A stretch of DNA of 64,000 nt. It comes from Kondoa subrosea (taxonomy: Eukaryota). Below, piece by piece: positions 25,731 through 38,737 of the stretch. Location: assembly GCA_039545335.1 (NCBI GenBank), contig BCIN01000011.1, positions 186,001-250,000 of the forward strand. The letters run 5' to 3'. The notes under the pieces are model-generated. The model was not told where the DNA came from. It searched no databases and worked only from the letters and a program-made list of their open reading frames with translations. The first letter of the stretch is position 1, and each line of letters begins with the position of its first letter. Position numbers and translations under genes: made by a program.

Positions 25731-27753
25731 ATGGCAGAACAACATCAAAAGAAACTGAAAGTGCTCAGTGAGTGAATAACCGAATAACCCAATCATAGTT
25801 TTCCGCGCTGATTGCTGCATGTACAGTCGTCGGCGCAGGTCTCGGTGGTAACTCGTTCGCAAAGACTGTCAGAATCTCGCTAACAAACCTGTTATAGGTT
25901 GTGCGTGCGCGATGGCCATGCATTACCAAGGCTTTGAAGTAGTATGCTACTGCTCTTACGATTCAAGACAACGCTTATACTCGTGACATAGGTTATCTAC
26001 GAGAAGATCAGGCAATTCCAACGACTCGGCGATTCTTTGGGTTTAGGGGAGAATGCTCTGCGGCTCCTCGATAAATGGGGCTGTACTGAGAAGATCAAAG
26101 CTATCGGTAATACCAGTCCTGTTTTCCATATCAGGCGTTTCGATACTGGCGAAATCATTGCTGTTAGCCAAAGTCTTTCATCACTACAATTGTTCCTGAA
26201 ATCTGTATGTCCAGACTCAACGTCTGATGGATATGGCTGGATATATTGGCCACAGAGGAGACTATCATCAAGCTTTTATTGATAGAGTCAACGAGCTAGG
26301 CATTTCGATAAATATGGGCAGCGAGATCGTCAGCTTTGACGAAAGCAAACCTTCAGCAACTCTCAAATCAGGCGAAATTATCTATGCGGATGTGATTGTT
26401 GGAGCGGACGGAATTGCAAGTCATGAGCTGTATGGAAAGTTTGCACCTAATGGTGTAGCTTAACAGAAATCGCCATGTCGCGAACTGGTTCTCGGATATC
26501 AAGACGCTCCAAAGTCATCTGGTTATGCCTGCTATCGAGCTTATACCGAAGGTTCAAGGCTCAAAGACGATCCCTATGCGAGTGTCCTAGTTGAGCAGGA
26601 CACGATGAATGTGTGAGTTATCTGCATCCAAGAGTAGCTTAGACTTATTCATAAATAGTTGGATTGGGCCAGACAAGCATGTCGTGCAGAACACCTGCAA
26701 AGGAGGCAAGGAGTTCAAGTAAGTTATGAAATCTAGGTTGTGCTTTCTTACAGCTCATCCTCTTCCGTAACAGTTGGATTGCCAATCACAAAGCCTCAAA
26801 GGATCTTGGCGAATCTTGGGTGGAGCCTGGGAGTATAGAAGACGCAGTCGCCAGCGTGGAAGGATGGGATCCGACAATCGTGAATGCTATGAAACTCACT
26901 CCCTCCTGCTTGGACTGGCTCATCGTCTATCGTGATCCTCTGCCAACATGGATATCGCAGACAGGCAATGTTTGTCTGGTAGGAGATGCAGCTCAGTACG
27001 GCTGCCGTCTATTATGGAGCTTTGACTGATAGTACTTCTGTCTTCTCTTATTTCGTGTAGCCCTCATTTACCGACCTCTGCTCAGTTAATCTTGTCCATT
27101 CGTGTCTTCCGCTAAGTTCTGACGCTTTGCTTCAGAGGCGCAAGTCAAGCTTGCGAAGACGCAGCCGTCTTAGCGATATGTCTTAAGTTGGCTGGGAAAG
27201 ATCGTATTCGACTTGCAACGCTTACCTACGAAAGATTACGCTACGCTCGTGTACTGAAGACACAGAAAACGGGAGAAGCACTGAGGAACAAGTGGCACAA
27301 CGCTCTGAAGAAGAGTATGAACGGTGAGTACATTGATCCCCGATCTGTAAGGATGGAGAACGCCTGGATATATCGATTGCGAGTCGAAGAGGATGCACAC
27401 GTAAGTTATCTCCTAGCTTTCGGCATCGATTGCGAGACACATAAGCTTTCGCGCGTAGGAACGATGGCCAGCTGTTTCCGCTCAGATACAAAAGGAGATA
27501 AACGCTGGCTCTGTAGCTCTGCCTGGAAGTCTTTTGGGCGACGATCGATTTGACATCCCTGGTGAGTTGTTTGGCAAAAACATAAAACAGCCCGCTGACC
27601 TCTGTCCCTAAAATTCTAGACATCGATGAGGAAGAGCTAGTCAAGATCGAAGCCTTTGTAGCCGATGCTATGAAACATCATTCAAAATCACTTACAGGTC
27701 GGGCTGCCGAATACTTCAAGCCCAAGTCTCAGCGTCCGGTGGAAGTTCAGTAG
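25731..27753 (+). CDS. FAD-dependent monooxygenase (salicylate hydroxylase-like, class A), multi-exon
   Basis: VLI|VGAGLGG Rossmann motif, VIVGADGI (DG motif), LVGDAAH|PHLPTSAQ|GASQACED (GD motif). Confidence 0.92.
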
Positions 27754-27872
27754 AGGTAGCCTGGATAGATAAACTACAGCCGACAGAGTCGTCATTAGTC
27801 ATCAAACTGTTAACCATGCATTGCAGAACAAGGCATGTCATTTGACCAAGTGTATTACAATTTCTATTGGGG

Positions 27873-29766
27873 TTATACGACTACCACACCTTGCGCCAAT
27901 CCTTTCTTCTTTTTCTCCTGTTTGTGCTGTTTCCGTGCGGCTTGCTTCTCTGCCTTCTTCTGCACCTTGCCCTGATGCGCTTCACATGGCTCTGCAGCCA
28001 AACAGCAAGCTTTACACAAGCCTTTCGGACACCGAGCAGCTCCATTATTCAGACAACCTTCCGTTTTGCAACGTGTCACTTCAATCTTCGGTCGTTTCAC
28101 TTCAACTGTATTCCGCATATCAGCCCGAGACTGCAAGAAAGGCGACAAATGAACCTTCGGGTGACCCAGTTCTAGCCCGCTTCTTCTCCCCTAATCCTTC
28201 TACAAGTAATTCTACTGTTCCTACTTCTGCTGGCGGTCGCAAACCAGGTTGACAAACATCATAAGGGAAATTTGAGGATAGTAGCTTGTCCGAGGTAGAA
28301 GGTAATTCGAATTGAGTATGTTGCAGTCTGAGCTCTTCGCCCTTCTCGCTCTGTTATATCTGATAAGCAGCTGACTTTGATCAAATGAACGAGGTATACC
28401 TCTACCAATTGTTCCATCTCCTCTATTATTTGCTGGAAGGTAGCTATTCTTTCTTGCCAATCGCCAGATCCCGCTGATCCTAGCCTATTCCTGCTCTCAA
28501 TCATTTTGCCCCTTTCGAAAATGGGTTTGAACAATTTGAACAAATGACTCTTGACTGCCGACAAAGCGGTTTGGGTTTTGAGGGTTCTGACAATCGCAAG
28601 ATATCGGTTCGCCATCCAGAAAATGTTGGGATAGGCATCGTTGTGTTTAGACCAAGTGGGCGGAATAGGTACAGCGAGTATAGCTTCACGAAGTTCAGTA
28701 GGCAGCTGAGCGAGATATTCGGCTCCTTTATTCGGTTCGAGAGGAGCAAAGATAGCAGGATTGTATAGATTGCCTTCAGCTGACATCACACCGTCACAGC
28801 CGGTTCGAGCTATGCAGGATGTAACATCTTTGTCGATCAGGATGTTGCCGTTCGCAATGACCGGTATAGAAGTGACCGCCTCTCGAACAGCTTTGATCTT
28901 GGCCCTGCATGACAAGGTCAGATTCTTAGCAGAGGGTTTCTTTGCACAGAGAGTCACCCTCACCAGTCTGCTCGACCTGTAAGTTGACCTTTTTGATCTC
29001 GCGTTCTTCCGTGTACAGTGATGATTTGAGCACCAGCTTTCTCAAGCATCTTAGCATAAGCAACGGTCTTCTCGACATCATCGAACACTCTAAATTTGGC
29101 TGTTATCGGAACAGGTAAATTGAGGTGAAGATGATGTACTGTAGCAACCTTCAGCTCTCGAAGTCTCCATAGATATATCGACATACTCAAGCTTTCGATT
29201 AATGCCCAATCCTCCATCAAGAAAGCACCATAGTGACCTCTTTTCGCTATCCCTTGCGGGCAGCCCAAATTGAGATCCACAGCATCAATCACACCCTTCT
29301 CCGCCAAGAGCATTGCAGCTGATAAGAACTGATGTTTGTCATTCGAACAGAACTGAGCGATCAAAGGTCTATCCAGCGAAGGATTGCCTTCTTCCTTCGA
29401 GATGAGATCGAATTGTTCATGCATGTAGACTTTGTGATCGGGCGTGAAGATGTGAGCGTTGATCATTGGTGTGTAGACTAGATCTCTGTGACATCACAAG
29501 CATAAAGCATGAGCGAACACAGGTTACTGCACAATCGCTTAACTTACGTTCCGTGCAAGCGAGACAGAACACGCCAAGCCAGCTCAGATGCATCGACCAT
29601 AGGAGCAACGATCTTCCTATTGCATAAGTCCGACCACCGCATGAGAAGACAATCAGCTCACAGCTTTAGGAGAGCCCAGAACTTGGTGATAGAAGTCATA
29701 TCCTCCTAATTTGGGTATAGCTGCTGGCGCAAGGGGTCTCTCGATCTCGGGTATTGCTTCGGACAT
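27873..29766 (-). CDS. DUS1: tRNA-dihydrouridine synthase Dus1
   Basis: DRPLIAQFCSND, VDLNLGCPQGIAKRGHYGAFLM, TVHGRTRDQKG, GVMSAEGNLYNP; C-terminal Cys/His cluster. Confidence 0.93.
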
Positions 29767-30091
29767 CGCTGTTGCAGGAACAGAACAATCCGAAAATTTG
29801 AAAAGGCAACATTGGCGATACATGGGATCTGATTACATAAGCTACAGGTAATTGTAGCAAGAGAAGAATACGCGAGATGTATACAATACAATGTGCAAAG
29901 GTACGTATGATGTAGACTACAAGGGAAAAATGCTAGGTAAACCTTACGGAAAGAAATCAGAAGCATAAAAGAGGACCCAAAATTATTGTACATCGGAAAT
30001 TGAGACTGTCTGATGTGTTTAATCAGTCTTCTTCTTGTTCTTGAACTTGAGCTGTCATAAATCGAGCCAAAACACCCAAACTTGGAGACTG

Positions 30092-33000
30092 TTAAAGCAA
30101 ATGAGTACATCCACCTGAACAGATATGACAACAACTCACGATCTCGTCCCACTTGAATTCTAATTTAGATATACGTTCAGTCATGACCGATCCACCACCT
30201 TCTAAGGCTGAGACTTTGTCACCAAGAATCAAGAAATGCTTGAGGCTCTCAGCTGTTCTCGCGTCTGTCACATCTTCAATCGTCTTGACACTCTTGTCCA
30301 GGAGATCAAGTCTCCTCTTATTTTCAGTCGAATTCTGCTTCACTTCTGCCGAATCTTTCGAGACTTGCTTCTTGAGCTTTTCCACGGACTCGCTAACCAA
30401 ATTGAATTCATCAGGTGTCACCAAAGCTAAAAATTGGTGTTGCAATTCGGACAACTGAGTTTCGATAGAGGTTACTTGACGCGATAAACGTTGATCTTTT
30501 TGTAGTTCTGAAATGGAATTGCTCAGTTCTAGATTGATGCTTCGGATCTGATTTTGTAGATCTTCTCGAACTTCGTCAAGAACGATACGACTGACACCTC
30601 GAAGTTTCTGTGGTTGAGCTTCGATATCTGGAGTAGGTTGAACGATTGGTTCAGGCGGCAGCTACTTTAGATCTGAGTTGTGCTCAAATAGTTACAGCTA
30701 AATCTTACCTCAGTCACTGGCTTGTCAACATCCATGCCAGTGGATGTCTCGATAGTAGTGGCTGCAAGGTCTTCCTGTGCTGTGGTCGTGGGAACAGAAG
30801 GTGTTTCAGCAGCAGCTAGAGCAGGAGTTGGCGTTATTTTGATCAGAAGTCCACTTGCTTTCAGCTTGTCACAGTCGGCTTCTAATTCAGTAACACGATC
30901 TTCCATCTCTCGAACCACACCGCGAGTCGAACTGATGGTTTTAGAGCAATCGACAGCCTGTACATTCAAACACAACTGTAAATCAGCTGTGAAACTAAAA
31001 GCCAAGATGATTTGACGTACCTCAGTATCAGCTTCGAACTGTCTCTTCTTCATCGCTTCAATCGCTTCGTCCACAGTAACTTTCCATTCTACCAAAGTAG
31101 CCAATTTACCCAATTCACCACCATAAACTTCAGTTCCAGAATGAGTTGAACTGCTTTCAGATCGTTTCCTTTTCTTGTTAGCTGGTGGTTCTAAAGAATT
31201 TCGGTTTGGAGCTTGAGTTTGCGTTTGCGTTTCACCAACTCCTCCTAATCCTTCTTCTTCACCTTCCATCACTACAGTAGCACCATCATGCTTATCTTTG
31301 TCCACTAATGCTCCTGCTTCTTGAGCTTGAGGAGGTTCAGAAGCAGCGTCACCTGTATCAGCCGTGGCAGAAGATTCCTTCTTGTCGTTGTTGTTATTGG
31401 ACGTAGACCGAGAATGAGGTGCAGAAGGTTTAGGAGTAGACTTGGTCACCATAACGCTGATCCCTAAAGTCTTTTGCAACTTATCGATGCACGCAGCGAG
31501 ATTAGCCAATTCTACTGTAGCTCTTTTTTTATCCTAAAAGCAAATAATCAGCTTTGTTCCGCAGAGTTATAGCAAAAGGAACTCACTTTCTTCATGGTAT
31601 CCATCAAGTTTTGTAGCTTAGGGAACAAGTAATTGCTGTCGATGACAAAGTTCTTTGGTTTACCACTCTTTGAAGTGGAAGCAGCAAGATTCTTGTCCGG
31701 TACAGGCATGTTGTTACCAGAATGTCTAGGCGTAGTACCACCGGTAGGAAGAGAAGGAGATAAACCACCATCAAACCCGTTGTTTTGGGGACCTGTTGCT
31801 GAAGAAGCTGGAGAATGAGGTGGAGCTGGAGTATGAGCTGGTGTAGCATTTCCAGTTATTGGTTCATCTCCCCAAGCACCAGTATCGGGTAAATCGTTGT
31901 GAGAGATATCCATTCCCCAATCAGAATCATCTGGAGCTTGTTGCTGCTGCTGATTTTGAGGTGGAAATGGCGGAGGTGGCATTTGACGTTGTTGATGATG
32001 CTTGTGAGAGTTCGAAGCAGATCGCTTTTGCAAACCGAAAGCATTTTGCTGCGGTCCATTATTTTGAGGTCCAGGATGTCCCATTTGCTGTAGAGGACCA
32101 CCACTGTTATTTCTCAAATGATTTTCTGCTGTCTCCATTCGGGCTTCTTGCATAGTCAATCGCTGTCCGTGATTAGCTCGAAGTGCGGTGATTTCCTCTT
32201 GCATCTTTTGCATCTGTTGTTGGAGTTGTCCGATCTCATGAGAAGAAGAAGGAAGTAGAGTAGAAGACGAAGGTGTAGGAGGAGCTTGATTAGCCATAGC
32301 AGGATTCGATTCCTCTTCACCCAATCCGCCGCTGAATGACTCAGCTCTAGGTTGAGGAGCTTGAGTCGTAGCTTGCGACACAGCTGTAGAAGTTGGATTC
32401 TTCTCCAGGCTTTCAATGCGAGCTAGCAAGTCTTCCGTAGTGACTGGATTCAACCCACCAGTACCAAGTAAGAATTTCTTTGCGATGGCTTCAGCAATAG
32501 AGTCAACTTTGGTAGAAGCTCTTTGTTTCTGGTTCTCTACAGCCGTAGCACGTAAAGTCAAGCTGATGCCAGTCTGACCAGGAAAGTTCTCAGCGTGAGT
32601 TTGTAAGGTGTTGATATTGGCCAGTTCAGCTTCAGCCAAGCAGAGTTCTCGCTGAGCATCACATAAGTCTGTGATTTGTCTGTATACAGAGTCTTGGCCC
32701 TGTAAACCTAGTGTTGCGACTTTACGTACTTTGTGAGAATGATCCAGCTGGCTATAGTACTCATGTTGAATTGCCCTTGCTGACCAGCAGCATTGTTGTT
32801 AGGCGTCAGAGCAGAAGGAGGACCAGCATAAGGAGCGCCAGATGGAGGAAGAGTTCGAACAGCGACAATGGGTTTCGGTCGGTTTGCTGGCGGCCTGGTA
32901 GGCATGAACATTGGATTCGAAGCCATGCAACCAGCAGTAAGCTCCAAGCTGAAGCGGCAGTCCAAGTAGAATCACAGATCTGCTGAGTTTTGATTTCAGG

Positions 33001-33447
33001 CACTTGAAGTGATCGTCCTGGGTCAAGACAACTTCAAGGCAATGCGCATGAAATGCGGCTTGAAGAATGATTGCATATGACTAGATACATTGAATGTGCG
33101 CAATCTATGCGGACCGAAATTGCAACGCGTCTTCGCCTGCTTTCTTCTTGATGATTCGATGTTGAAAATACTCAGAACAACCTGCAACGCGTGTTAGCAG
33201 GAGTCGCTACTCTTGGCGAGTGAGAGCGCACCTAGCCACTTGTCGCTACCTTGAGATTTCTCCTTGCCGGGCGAATCTATAAACCGAAGCATAAGTGCCA
33301 TTCAACGAGACCGCAGCATAGAGAACTTACCTGTATCTTGGTAATAAAATCTTGCTGAACTTTAGGAGAAGTAGCAGCCCATATAGCGCTGTAGAAACCT
33401 TGCTCGTTAGATCTTCCAGAAGGCAAGAAATCGTCAAAGTGAGACAT
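30092..33447 (-). CDS. Large low-complexity / coiled-coil hypothetical protein (multi-exon)
   Basis: Co-oriented ORFs 31548-32639, 30667-31509 and 30092-30454 with Q/P/S-rich and heptad segments and a putative NLS (KKRKR). 5' end uncertain. Confidence 0.5.
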
Positions 33448-33656
33448 ACGAGTTGTGACAGCTTCAGGATGTGGCAGATCGACTAAATACTGTCATTTTT
33501 GACGTTAATGACCTTTTCGATTATACCATACCGCTGTCGAGGATCTATCAATTTCTTACATAAGCATCTTCACTTTTCAGAAACAGCTCACACTAAACAT
33601 CGCCGTACTTACCAAGGATAGGGTCGAGTATAGCTGGATATCGATATGGTATCGGG

Positions 33657-33680
33657 GAAAGAAAGAAAGAAAGAAAGAAA
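33657..33680. repeat. (GAAA)6 microsatellite
   Basis: Direct reading of the sequence. Confidence 0.9.
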
Positions 33681-33815
33681 GCGGAAATCCAGAAACCTGG
33701 AAATGCGATTCGGACGCAGCATGACAATTTGAGATTTGGCAATCAACAAATGAAGCGGGAAGAAAAGTAAACATGAAGGGAATACATGCATGGATATGGT
33801 ACAGCGGGTAAAGGA

Positions 33816-36800
33816 TCATGATAATTGCCCGGCGACTGAAAAAATACATCAGAAAGAGAATCTCGATACGGAAAGTACTGACAATCCTCCAAGAACTCAA
33901 TTGCTTCTTCAGCAGTCACTCCATCATTGCCAATATCTTCTTCATCAGTAATCAAACCCAAAGTCGGCGTAGAACGCATGATATGACTTTGCCAGAAGGT
34001 GTTGATCTTCTCTGATTCCGGCCGCAACTGCTTGAGTTTTCGAAGAAAGGTGTCTGTTGTCGTATATGTCAGACTTATCATTAATCAACAAGCAGCATAC
34101 GCACTGTATTGAAGAGTTTCCTCTTCTTCCGGCGCGAAATTTCTCACAGTGCGCAAGCATCGGACCGCCAGATCGTTCCTCTTTCCACCAAAATTCGTGA
34201 CTCTTGCAGCTTCGGCTCCTTCCATGCCAAGCATCTTGCCAACAAATCGCAACACTGAAGAAGCCGTAAGCTTTCGTTTGACATGGCCAATCTCATGAAC
34301 TTACAATCACGAACAGCTTCTTTAGTCATTTTTGCGTTTTTCGGCGCAACCAATTTCTCAAAATCCCTATAGAATTCCGTTGCAGCGAAATTCGACCTCA
34401 AAATCGAAGAACATACTTTATTGGATCTTCAGCGCCGACGAAACCAGTCTGTTCAGCTTTGAGGTCAATATCCATAGGAGTGACTTTCGGTTTCGAGCGA
34501 GGTGGTCGAGGTCCATCGTCTTCCGAGGCAGTCTCATCATCTGTATCTTCATCACTTGCTTTCCTCTTGAGCGAAGACTGGTCTAGAAGAGTAGATGTCC
34601 CCGAGCGAGGTAGAGGCGGTGGCGACGGTCGAGCAGTGAAGGCTGTATCATCTTCGATACCGCCGAAAGCATCGAAATCAATTTCCCCTTCGAGGTCATC
34701 TGGTCTGATGTTCTTGTTTTTGCCTCGATTGGAGACTTTGATCGGTACTGTCAGAAGAACGACCGCGCATCAGCGGAAACTTGACACCTGAATGTTCCCC
34801 TGACCTCGCTTGACGTCCAATTCTTGAGTCAGTTTCTCGAGCGAATCTTTCGCCTTTTCAAGTACTGAATCAGGAGTCGCGGCATACTTTGTAATTTCGG
34901 GGTGAGGTGGAGGCAGAGAGGTATCGTTTGGATGATTGCGTCGATACTGAACAGCAGCCGCAACATTGTGAATAGCAGGGTTGTAAGAATCTTCGCATTC
35001 GAACCAAGGTCCAAGTCGTCTTATCATATAGATCAATTTTGCATATCATTCAATTGAATGTGGGGACTCACTCTTCGTCATCTCCTTCTTCAGCGACGCA
35101 ATTCTCCAAATCCATATCATCGACAAATTCAGACATGGCCAATAATTGTTTCTCAGTAGGAATTTGCTTGTGCTCGACTACTTCTTTTCCAGTCCGGGAC
35201 CGCAAATTGGTCAAGCTAGGGAAATTCTGTTTCCTGTTATCTTCAGCAAAAGGTAACTAGAAAGCTCATCAGAATACCAATATTCACAACTCGCTCGAAC
35301 AACATACCTGAACAAAGACGCAGTATTCATTCCAAGTAGGAGGAGTGTCTTCATCCGCGCCTTCGGGTAAAGGTACTTGTTCTCTTCTTGCAATCAGTGC
35401 ACCCATCTTTGTAGCGTTAGAACCTTTGGAGCTGATGTAACGAACGATAGCGAAGAATTCCTTGACCAGCAAAGCGTTGACGAAAGCGGAAAACATCGTT
35501 TGACCTTTCCCACCGGCTCCCCACATGTAATAAGAATCGCCCAGGAGAATATCTCTAGGTAGCTATCCAGACCATATCCAGACCATATGAGCATGATATA
35601 GTACAAATCCAAGGATTCAACGTAGACCTACCAAGCTCAATTTAGTCGAACCCAAGAACTCAAATCCTGGAGTTTTCTGAATTTCCAAAACGTTTGCATC
35701 GACCGATTCCATTGGTACTCTCGTTCCACCATACTTGTAAGCTCTAGTAGCTTCAACATTCTGATCAACTCTTTCCAATCGTTTCCCATCCTCATCTTCA
35801 TCTTCTTTCGGTGGGTTAAGCCTTCTTTGAACTTCGCTTGCTGCTCTTTTGTTTAATTCTGCTTCACTTGCTTTCAATTGTCCAGGTTGAGGTTGAGGAA
35901 CGTAGTATCGTAAATTAGTCTTTTTCACTTCTACTGAATCTTTATCCATCAAAGGTGCTTCTTCATCTAGATCCATTGAATGATCCATAGGTTGAGTGTA
36001 AGATTGCATAGATTGACTTTCTCCACCTCCTAAAGTATAACCTTGACCCCAAGAATGTGAGAATTGAGATTCAGCATCTTGAGCTGCGAAATCTGATGTG
36101 GAAGCAGTAAAAGCAGAATAAATCGCTTCTAAAGTCGATTGTGAAGGCATTCGACTTAATCCATAATTATCTGGATTGGTTGCGCTCTTGATCTTGTCGT
36201 TTCGAGAAGGATCAATAATTCCAGGTACTTTTTTACCTTTAGGTAAATCTTTGGTAGAAAGTTTTTGGGCAGTTTTAGCAGAAGCTTTAGCAGTCGCTTT
36301 TTTCCAATGCACTGGGATTTCCAAACAGGTTTCCGGGTCATCTTTGTCACCGATTCGAAAGGTGTAATTCTCAGCACGAGAGGCGACAGTTCGGACTTGT
36401 GGACCTGAGGCTTGGATGAGAGCTCGTTCGAGATTACCGATGATGGCTGGCGTCTTCATGCTTTTAGCTAATGCAGTCAAGTGTTCTTCATTGTTGCGCT
36501 GTTATTGCAGATTGAGTATAACTCCAGTAATACGAGACTAGACGAACCTTGTCTGCAGACTTTCTCTTTTGCGTAAAGCCTAACACATCATCGTCAAATT
36601 CAACGCCTCTATCACTTTGCTCAGTGAAGTATAGATTGAGAAATGAAAGACAATCTTACACAACAGTCAATTCCATTGCCATCTTGTCGAGCTGAGAAGT
36701 AGTAGTCTCTACATCGTCTTCTCCCCACTCAGTAGGTGCTTCACCATCTGTGATGAGAATGATGTTCATTTTGTTCTTCCTCTCGCCGATCTTGTGTTTC

Positions 36801-37305
36801 AGTTGAGCCATGCCACACAGAAGAGCGGACAGAACTGCCGCTTCTGAGAATAACAATGGTTTCTGAAGATAATGTACCTACTGTCACCTTGATTTTCTGA
36901 AGGTTTGATACGCTTCAATTTGTCCAACATCTTGAGATCCGAAGTATCGATTTCGATAAGTTCTCTGATGTTTTCATAGCCATCTTCTTGTAGGTCAGCG
37001 CCAAACAATGAATATAACGCAAGACTCACCTCTGTCGCTGTCTGTCAGGATGTTCTTCGTCTTGTTCGAGCCAAAGAGAGTTACACCAACCCAAGCAGTC
37101 TTGAGATTCCTATCAATCTACACCCAGCTCAGTGACGCTCGAGACATCTACATTTACGACGACCAACCATGTTCTGTATCTTGTGATTGACATAATCCAG
37201 TGCTCGGTTTAGTTTGCTGACTTTCTTGCCATTGTAGTCTCGTTCTTCTGCCATGGTGAGACCAGTATCGATCATGAACAGCGTAGTAGATCTGGCTTCC
37301 GCCAT
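33816..37305 (-). CDS. KU80: Ku80 NHEJ DNA-end-binding subunit
   Basis: vWA N-terminus (MAEARSTTLFMIDTG, VGVTLFGS, IILITDGE), beta-barrel (AYKYGG, AIVRYI, QLPFAED), YNPAIH motif, C-terminal helical domain (LGLITDEE...VTAEEAIEFL). Confidence 0.88.
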
Positions 37306-37619
37306 CCTCGCAGTCGTCACGCGCCCTTCAGACGACGTGCAGGGTCAACAAGAGAACTCAGCGGGGGAGCAACCTTGTCCTGTAACAGTCGCTAAGCTAT
37401 GCCTGTCGAACCTGCCCCTGCTATTCCGTTTGATTCGTGAGCGTCTCAAGTGCAACAGATTAATCCAGCTTAATGCTTTGCCCTTTAAGATTCAACTCAG
37501 CTCCAGGTCAGCCTTACTTTCAGGCCTCTCGCACCCCTTTCCTCATTACCCCGTGTAGACTATTCTCTACAAGGGACTACGTCTTCCAGTACTGCTACTT
37601 CTGAGACTAAAGCTACAGC

Positions 37620-38247
37620 ATGGGTTTGTGCAATGACTTTCTCCGCATTTTCGTTACTTCCACTGAAGGTCTGCTATACAGGACCCAAACTCTGCTCCCA
37701 ACTATGAATTACAAGGAGATAAACCTGTTCGAACAGATGAGATCAAAATCCCAGTATTGAAAGATGAAATTGAAGAAGAAGGCCGAGGTCGAGTAAGTTA
37801 CCTTGCACTCGTCAAATTCCCTTATTGACTGATCACATCTTTTGATTAGACGGCTAGAAACACTTCTGCTTCTCGTCGTGAACCTTCAGTTACTGGTTTA
37901 AGATCACCTTCATCTTCCCGAATCATGGATCGTGTAAAGCAAGATGAACCCTCATCTGTAGTTAGGACTTCTACTTCACCTTCAAGAGCAATGGGGGCTC
38001 GTTCTATGCCTCGATCGGATTCTCAATCTCGAGTGGAAGATCCTGTTGTCTTGGTTGAGGGCGAAAGTGAAGATAGAGGTAGAGGAGGTTCAAGATCTTT
38101 CTCTCCTTCTAGGTAAAGTTGGAGATCAATCGGTAATGAGACAGTACTGATATCTAATGCAGGGCTATGGGAGCTCGTTCAGCTTCTATCAGCAGAACAC
38201 TTGATATCGCTGAGGGACAAGAAGAAGAGCGTCGCGGTAGAAATTGA
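37620..38247 (+). CDS. Small R/S/E-rich hypothetical protein with internal repeats
   Basis: Spliced ORF with SPSRAMGARS twice and E-x-x-R-G-R three times; canonical introns. Confidence 0.55.
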
Positions 38248-38737
38248 TTTGAATGGGATTGAATCACACATAGGAAACTAAAAGGATGCCAATGGAACTG
38301 TACTCACAGCTAAAAGCTATCCTGAGAAGCTCGACCGAATTTCGAATCTTTCATGCTGCTTCCCAACTCTCTTCTTGCATTGACGATGTACGCGGTAGGT
38401 TCGCAGCTGCACTGCAGTCGGCCATGGAACATCCAGGCCTTAAGATATCCAGCTATAAACGCTAGCTCATAGCTCTTATTATCACTGCCTCGCCGAGGCA
38501 ATATTCTGCATACGCTGACCGAATTCAAAGATCATGAGCAATTCTATCTGCCCAGATAAATTCAGCGGGCTCTACTAGGATGTTAGACTGCTCCTGGTCA
38601 CTTGAATCCGTTTATTTCCAGATCATGATTCCCTTTGTCTTGCCTAAAATGACCTCTCGATTTTCTCGCTTGCTTCCTCTTCTCTCGAACTACGGTATCT
38701 TCAACCAAGCTTCTTCTATTCGAACCTTCAGCGAACA

